A DNA stretch of 32,000 nt from Granulosicoccaceae bacterium (GTDB lineage: Bacteria > Pseudomonadota > Gammaproteobacteria > Granulosicoccales > Granulosicoccaceae): contig OZ244967.1 of NCBI GenBank assembly GCA_965222695.1, forward strand, positions 5,082,303-5,114,302, given 5' to 3'. The number at the start of each line of letters is the position of its first letter. Positions within the stretch are counted from its first letter, which is position 1. The position numbers and the translations under genes were made by a program. The notes under the pieces were generated by a model. That model saw only the letters and a program-made list of their open reading frames with translations, ran no database searches and was not told the origin of the DNA. Shown piece by piece: positions 27,565 through 32,000 of this stretch.

Positions 27565-28935
27565 ATGGCAATTGAAGTTGTTAATGCCAGAGTGACCCCT
27601 TTGGGGCGTTTGGATATACTGAGTAAGTCCGAAGTCAATAAATTGCTCGATACCAGCCAGGGGGGCTTATACCGAATGTTTCGCAATTGCTCGCTGGCGG
27701 TACTCAACAGCGGCAACAGTATGGATGACGGAAAGGAATTGCTGGAACGGTATAAGGCTTTTGATATTCAGGTCGTGCAAAGTGAACGTGGAGTCAAACT
27801 GGAACTCAAAGGCGCGCCTGCCGAGGCTTTTGTCGATGGAGAAATCATTCGCGGTATCAATGAACATCTATTCGCCGTTTTGCGGGATGTCATTTACGTC
27901 AATCACGAAATTCATGAGAGCGGTTCCTTTGATTTAAGCCATACCGGTGGAGTGACGGATGCAGTATTTCATATTCTGCGTAATGCGGATATTCTTCATC
28001 CCATGGTCAATCCCAATCTGGTTGTCTGCTGGGGAGGCCATTCTATCTCAAGAGAAGAATACGACTACACGAAATACGCCGGTTACGAGATGGGATTGAG
28101 AGGGTTGGATATTTGTACCGGCTGTGGTCCAGGAGCCATGAAAGGTCCGATGAAAGGCGCTGCAGTGGGTCACGCCAAGCAGCGAAATAATGCAGGCCGT
28201 TATCTAGGATTGACCGAGCCGGGGATAATAGCCGCGGAGTCGCCTAACCCCATAGTCAATGATCTTGTGATTTTGCCGGATATTGAAAAGCGCCTGGAGG
28301 CATTTGTCCGGGTCGGACATGGAATACTGGTGTTTCCCGGCGGAGTGGGTACGGTTGAAGAAATTCTCTATATTCTCGGAATATTACTGCACCCCGATAA
28401 TGAGGACATCCCCTTTCCGTTAATATTTACCGGGCCGTCTTCTGCGGGCGCCTACTTCGAACGTGTCGATCAGTTTATTGCCAATGCGCTGGGAGAGAAG
28501 GCCAGATCCCGATATCAGATTATCGTTGATGATCCCGAGAAAGTGGCCACGATTATCCGCGACGGTATAGCCAGAGTGCGTGAATACCGTAAGAATATCG
28601 GTGATGCCTACTATTTCAACTGGTCTATTCAGATTGGTGAGGAATTTCAACGCCCTTTTGAACCGACGCATGAAAATATGCGGAATTTGGACTTGAGCAG
28701 GGACCAGCAGGCACACGATCTGGCAGCCAACTTACGGCGGGCGTTTTCCGGGATAGTGGCCGGTAATGTCAAGGATCAGGGTATCAGAGCGATAGAAAAA
28801 CACGGTTCATTCGAGATTCGGGGTGATGCCGAATTGATGCGCGAAATGGACAAGCTGCTGCAATCGTTTGTTCGTCAGTCGCGTATGAAATTGCCGGGTA
28901 GCAACTACAGGCCCTGCTATAAAATCATCCGCTGA
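27565..28935 (+). CDS. ppnN: pyrimidine/purine nucleotide 5'-monophosphate nucleosidase PpnN (YgdH, LOG-like)
   Basis: Co-linear with E. coli PpnN as I recall it: FRNCSLAVLNSG, VVCWGGHSI, CTGCGPGAMKGPMKGAAVGHA, PDIEKRLEAFVR, FPGGVGTVEE, RRAFSGIVAGNVK, and ending ...PCYKII. Confidence 0.93.
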   Translation: MAIEVVNARVTPLGRLDILSKSEVNKLLDTSQGGLYRMFRNCSLAVLNSGNSMDDGKELLERYKAFDIQVVQSERGVKLELKGAPAEAFVDGEIIRGINEHLFAVLRDVIYVNHEIHESGSFDLSHTGGVTDAVFHILRNADILHPMVNPNLVVCWGGHSISREEYDYTKYAGYEMGLRGLDICTGCGPGAMKGPMKGAAVGHAKQRNNAGRYLGLTEPGIIAAESPNPIVNDLVILPDIEKRLEAFVRVGHGILVFPGGVGTVEEILYILGILLHPDNEDIPFPLIFTGPSSAGAYFERVDQFIANALGEKARSRYQIIVDDPEKVATIIRDGIARVREYRKNIGDAYYFNWSIQIGEEFQRPFEPTHENMRNLDLSRDQQAHDLAANLRRAFSGIVAGNVKDQGIRAIEKHGSFEIRGDAELMREMDKLLQSFVRQSRMKLPGSNYRPCYKIIR

Positions 28936-28975
28936 ACACGCCGGCATCTTAGTGCCGCGATTGCGAATCAGCCTT

Positions 28976-30163
28976 TTAAAACACTGTCTGACGGGAAACC
29001 AAGTGGTAATCCTCGGACTGAAACCCGTTAAATCCGGTTGCGGTACTTGAACCATAGGCTCCCAGGCAACCGAATTCTATATAGTCTCCGGCTTGTAAAT
29101 CCTTTGGCAGAGTAGTCTGAGGCAGCTCATCCAGGGAGTCGCAGGTTGGGCCGTAGAGCTGAAAACGTGCCGTTTCTGCAACGTGCCGCCGCCCATCGCG
29201 CCATACCGCAGTGGGCAATTTAAGTTTTACCAGCATCTGTTCCATCAGACCACCGTAAATGCCGTCGTTTAAAAACAGCGTATTGTTGCGTCTGCGGTGG
29301 ATGACACGGGTCAGCAATGTGCAGGACTCTGCCACCATAGACCGGCCGGGTTCGCATAAAAGGCGTGTACCGGTATGGGCAAAGCACTCATCGAAGGTGC
29401 TTTTGATTGTCGAGAAATAGGATTCGAGGGATGGTGCCGGACTTTTCTTATAAGATGCCGGAAACCCGCCGCCCACATTCAGCCGGGAGATTGTAGTGTT
29501 GGCTTTGCGGCTGATGGATGCGGCCGATCTGATATAGGCGGCATACGCCGCAGGATCTTCACACTGAGAACCGGGGTGGAACGTCAGAGATGTTTGGTAT
29601 CCGTGACTCGCCAAGTTGGTCAGTAATTTTACAGCTTCGCTTTCCGATGCACCGAACTTGGCAGTGAAGTCATAGGCGGCGAGATCAAGCGGTATTTTAA
29701 AGCGTATACCGATTTCCACTTTCTCATCTTCGCCCAGAGTATAGTGCAGCTTTTTCAGCTCTTCGAAATCATCGATTACAAATGAACGTACACCGTAATT
29801 GTAATAAGCCTGCTCAATGGCATTCGCGGCTTTGACCGGGTTGTTGAAATGCATCACCGCACCCGGGAAATTGTTGTAAATCAGTTTTATTTCCGCCAGG
29901 GAGGCAACGTCAAATGCCAGGATTCCGGATTCATACAGTCTCTTTATGACTTCCGGATGCGGATTGGCTTTGACCGCAAAGCTTGTTAATCCGGGAAATC
30001 CCGATTGAATTCTGAGGCTTTGTTTTTTCAATAGGGTCGGACACATCAGATAGGCCGGCTCATCCGGTTGCCGTGCACGGATAAAACTTGCGGTATCCTC
30101 AAAAAGATTCACCCTTGTTTCGCTGAATAGCCCGCTGCTGATAGGGGGATGCACTCGAGTCAT
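28976..30163 (-). CDS. type III PLP-dependent (alanine-racemase-fold) basic amino acid decarboxylase, ornithine/lysine decarboxylase-like
   Basis: FAVKAN (PLP lysine), HPGSQ, NVGGGFP, CEPGR and GAYG motifs. 395 aa. Confidence 0.82.
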   Translation of the reverse strand: MTRVHPPISSGLFSETRVNLFEDTASFIRARQPDEPAYLMCPTLLKKQSLRIQSGFPGLTSFAVKANPHPEVIKRLYESGILAFDVASLAEIKLIYNNFPGAVMHFNNPVKAANAIEQAYYNYGVRSFVIDDFEELKKLHYTLGEDEKVEIGIRFKIPLDLAAYDFTAKFGASESEAVKLLTNLASHGYQTSLTFHPGSQCEDPAAYAAYIRSAASISRKANTTISRLNVGGGFPASYKKSPAPSLESYFSTIKSTFDECFAHTGTRLLCEPGRSMVAESCTLLTRVIHRRRNNTLFLNDGIYGGLMEQMLVKLKLPTAVWRDGRRHVAETARFQLYGPTCDSLDELPQTTLPKDLQAGDYIEFGCLGAYGSSTATGFNGFQSEDYHLVSRQTVF

Positions 30164-30232
30164 GCCGCTTACTCACTAAAATTTGTGATAATAATTAATT
30201 TTGGTAGATGAATATGATGGAAAACAGAGGCT

Positions 30233-30246
30233 ATTTTGATCAAAAT
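30233..30246. promoter_or_regulatory. perfect 14-bp palindrome ATTTTGATCAAAAT (central GATC) in the decarboxylase/Lrp divergent region
   Basis: A perfect AT-rich dyad between the divergent starts at 30163 and 30304, which makes it a candidate Lrp/AsnC operator. Confidence 0.3.
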
Positions 30247-30303
30247 GACATAGAATATCGGTCAGATTGAATAGCAATATGGTCAAAGTGACCAGAATTA
30301 CCC

Positions 30304-30738
30304 GTGCAGATTACCGAAAAAGATCAAAAGTTGATTCGAGCGCTGAATCGTGACGCGAGAATATCAATCAGCAACCTTGCCAAGGAATTACATGTTTCGC
30401 GCACAACGGTGAAGCATCGGATTGCCCGCCTTGAGGAGGCAGGGGTGATCGTGGGATACGGATTGCGATTGGGAGAGGCTTATCGCCGCAATACGCTGCA
30501 ATCCTACGTCAATCTGGAAGTCAGGCCCGCTATGGCCAGTCAAATCGTGGCCCGGCTTCAGAAAATGCCTGAGCTGGAAGCCCTGTTCACGGTGAGCGGA
30601 AAATTCGATATGGTCTTGATTGTCCGTACCATGACACCGGTGCAACTCGATCAGGTGTTGGACCAAATCGGAGAATTTGAAGGGGTAGTGAGCACTGAGT
30701 CCGCAATTGTGCTCAATACAAAATTTGACCGGCGCTAG
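30304..30738 (+). CDS. Lrp/AsnC-family transcriptional regulator
   Basis: GTG start. DQKLIRALNRDARISISNLAKELHVSRTTVKHRIARLEEAGVI HTH, followed by a RAM-like C-terminal domain. Confidence 0.9.
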   Translation: MQITEKDQKLIRALNRDARISISNLAKELHVSRTTVKHRIARLEEAGVIVGYGLRLGEAYRRNTLQSYVNLEVRPAMASQIVARLQKMPELEALFTVSGKFDMVLIVRTMTPVQLDQVLDQIGEFEGVVSTESAIVLNTKFDRR

Positions 30739-30774
30739 TACTCTGTCGGGGTGATGTTGACGAATACAGAGTAC

Positions 30775-30940
30775 TAAGAGCCTGTTCAAAATCTCTGCGC
30801 CTACTACGAATTCGCTGAGTTTGGCCAGATTTCCTCCTGATTTTCGTTGCGTAGAACCACTATGCGCCTCAAATCAGAATAAAATCTGACTCAAATCAGC
30901 ATATTCTCGCGACGACGCAGAGATATTGAACAGGCTCTAA
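30775..30940. mobile_element. MITE-like hairpin repeat, copy C (short form lacking the 66-bp central module)
   Basis: 166 bp. TIRs TAAGAGCCTGTTCAAAATCTCTGCG / CGCAGAGATATTGAACAGGCTCTAA. It sits between the convergent Lrp and GDPD genes. Confidence 0.88.
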
Positions 30941-30945
30941 GGGTC

Positions 30946-31773
30946 TTACTTAAAGCCGAAATCTTGAAAGACCTTCAGCGCCAGATCCGGACGGTCGGTC
31001 ACTATGCCGTCAGCCCCCAGGGATAATAAAAGGCGCATGGATTCGGTGTCGTTGACTGTCCAATAATGCACCGACCGGCCTGTTTGGTGTACAGCCTGAA
31101 TAAAGCGTTCGGTATCCAGACGGATAGACGCGTATTGCCTGGGAATCTGCAACGCAACACACTGGTGTTGTTTGTGGAATTGAAGACCTCGCAATCCTCT
31201 GACATACAGCGACAGCACTTCACTGAAGGTTGCGGATGTGGCGACTTGCGGGGAGAGCTTTCTAAAATACCTAAGGATCTTACCATGGAAACTGGCAACC
31301 ACTGTGCGATGTTCAGCGCCGGCTGCTTCGATGGTTTGAGCCAGCAATCTGGCGGCGCGGAACATCTTATCCTTGATGTCGATATTGACAATCATGTGCG
31401 GATAGGCCTGATACACTTCTAAAAGGGTAGGCACCTGAATTTTTTTACCACGGAAAGGCATGGCATTGCGATCCTGAAAACGGTAACCCGCATCGAGTTT
31501 TTTTATCTGTTTGAGAGTATGTTGAAGAACCGCTCCGCTACCGTTTGTTGTCCGGTCAAGCTGTTCGTCATGAATCACAACGACTTTTTCATCCCTGCTG
31601 ATACGAACGTCAATCTCCAACACATCGGCACTGGTTTGCAAACCAATATCGAAAGCCTGAAACGTGTTTTCCGGAGCCAGTAAACTGCTGCCCCGGTGAG
31701 CAAAGAGTAATGGTGAATCCGATTTAAGTGGATTGATAGTGTGAGTCAATGTAATGACGTTATCGTGAATCAA
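30946..31773 (-). CDS. glycerophosphodiester phosphodiesterase family protein
   Basis: FAHRGSSLLAPENT, EIDVRISRDEKVVVIHD and LDRTTNG motifs. Confidence 0.88.
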   Translation of the reverse strand: MIHDNVITLTHTINPLKSDSPLLFAHRGSSLLAPENTFQAFDIGLQTSADVLEIDVRISRDEKVVVIHDEQLDRTTNGSGAVLQHTLKQIKKLDAGYRFQDRNAMPFRGKKIQVPTLLEVYQAYPHMIVNIDIKDKMFRAARLLAQTIEAAGAEHRTVVASFHGKILRYFRKLSPQVATSATFSEVLSLYVRGLRGLQFHKQHQCVALQIPRQYASIRLDTERFIQAVHQTGRSVHYWTVNDTESMRLLLSLGADGIVTDRPDLALKVFQDFGFK

Positions 31774-31848
31774 TCAGTAAACCATACTACAATCGGACCT
31801 GTTAATGCCATTTCGCCCGGCCAACGGAGAAAAGTGTACTAAAGTTAC

Positions 31849-31912
31849 TAAGAGCCTGTTCAAGATCTCCGCGTCGTTGCGAGAATACGCTGATTTGAGA
31901 CAGGCCCTTAAG
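31849..31912. mobile_element. MITE-like repeat, copy D (about 64-bp mini-derivative: one arm plus the opposite terminus)
   Basis: TAAGAGCCTGTTCAAGATCTCCGCGTCGTTGCGAGAATACGCTGATTTGAG matches the reverse complement of the right arm of copies B and C. It is followed directly by ACAGGCCCTTAAG, which is the other terminus. Confidence 0.7.
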
Positions 31913-32000
31913 AGACGGTTCACCGGCCGACGTTCGGAAGCCGCCGATAGTCAGCTAATGACCCCATGCTAAGTCATAATAACGAGTTCAGTTATCCATG

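Overview
This is a roughly 50% GC chromosomal segment. By gene content (recQ, pip, ppnN, Lrp/AsnC, LysR) it is probably from a gammaproteobacterium. I support about 26 protein-coding genes and found no rRNA, tRNA or CRISPR. Housekeeping genes: RecQ helicase, prolyl aminopeptidase, PpnN nucleosidase, a type III PLP decarboxylase with a divergent Lrp/AsnC regulator, a glycerophosphodiesterase, a PaaI thioesterase and a TlpA-like thiol-disulfide oxidoreductase. Envelope and signalling genes: a membrane-anchored VWA-like protein with a (PE)n microsatellite, an autotransporter, a Hanks-type Ser/Thr kinase, a Sel1/coiled-coil/caspase lipoprotein, and an ABC-FtsX-AttH-like operon. The main structure not explained by genes is a family of hairpin-forming MITE-like repeats. 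It has four copies: 12069-12296, 15258-16970 (interrupted), 30775-30940 and 31849-31912. An IS110-family element of IS1111 type (exactly 15481-16960) has inserted into the terminal inverted repeat of one copy. Intact target sites elsewhere in the window let both boundaries be read to the base. The IS has a 329-bp non-coding 3' end containing short segments complementary to its own two tips and to the target flank. That end also holds a -35 box that would pair with a perfect TATAAT created only when the ends are joined. I therefore propose that it encodes a bridge/seek-type guide RNA. Other points worth a second look are the MITE-bracketed caspase gene, an in-frame hexanucleotide VNTR, and a single-domain globin that appears to have Tyr where the proximal His should be.
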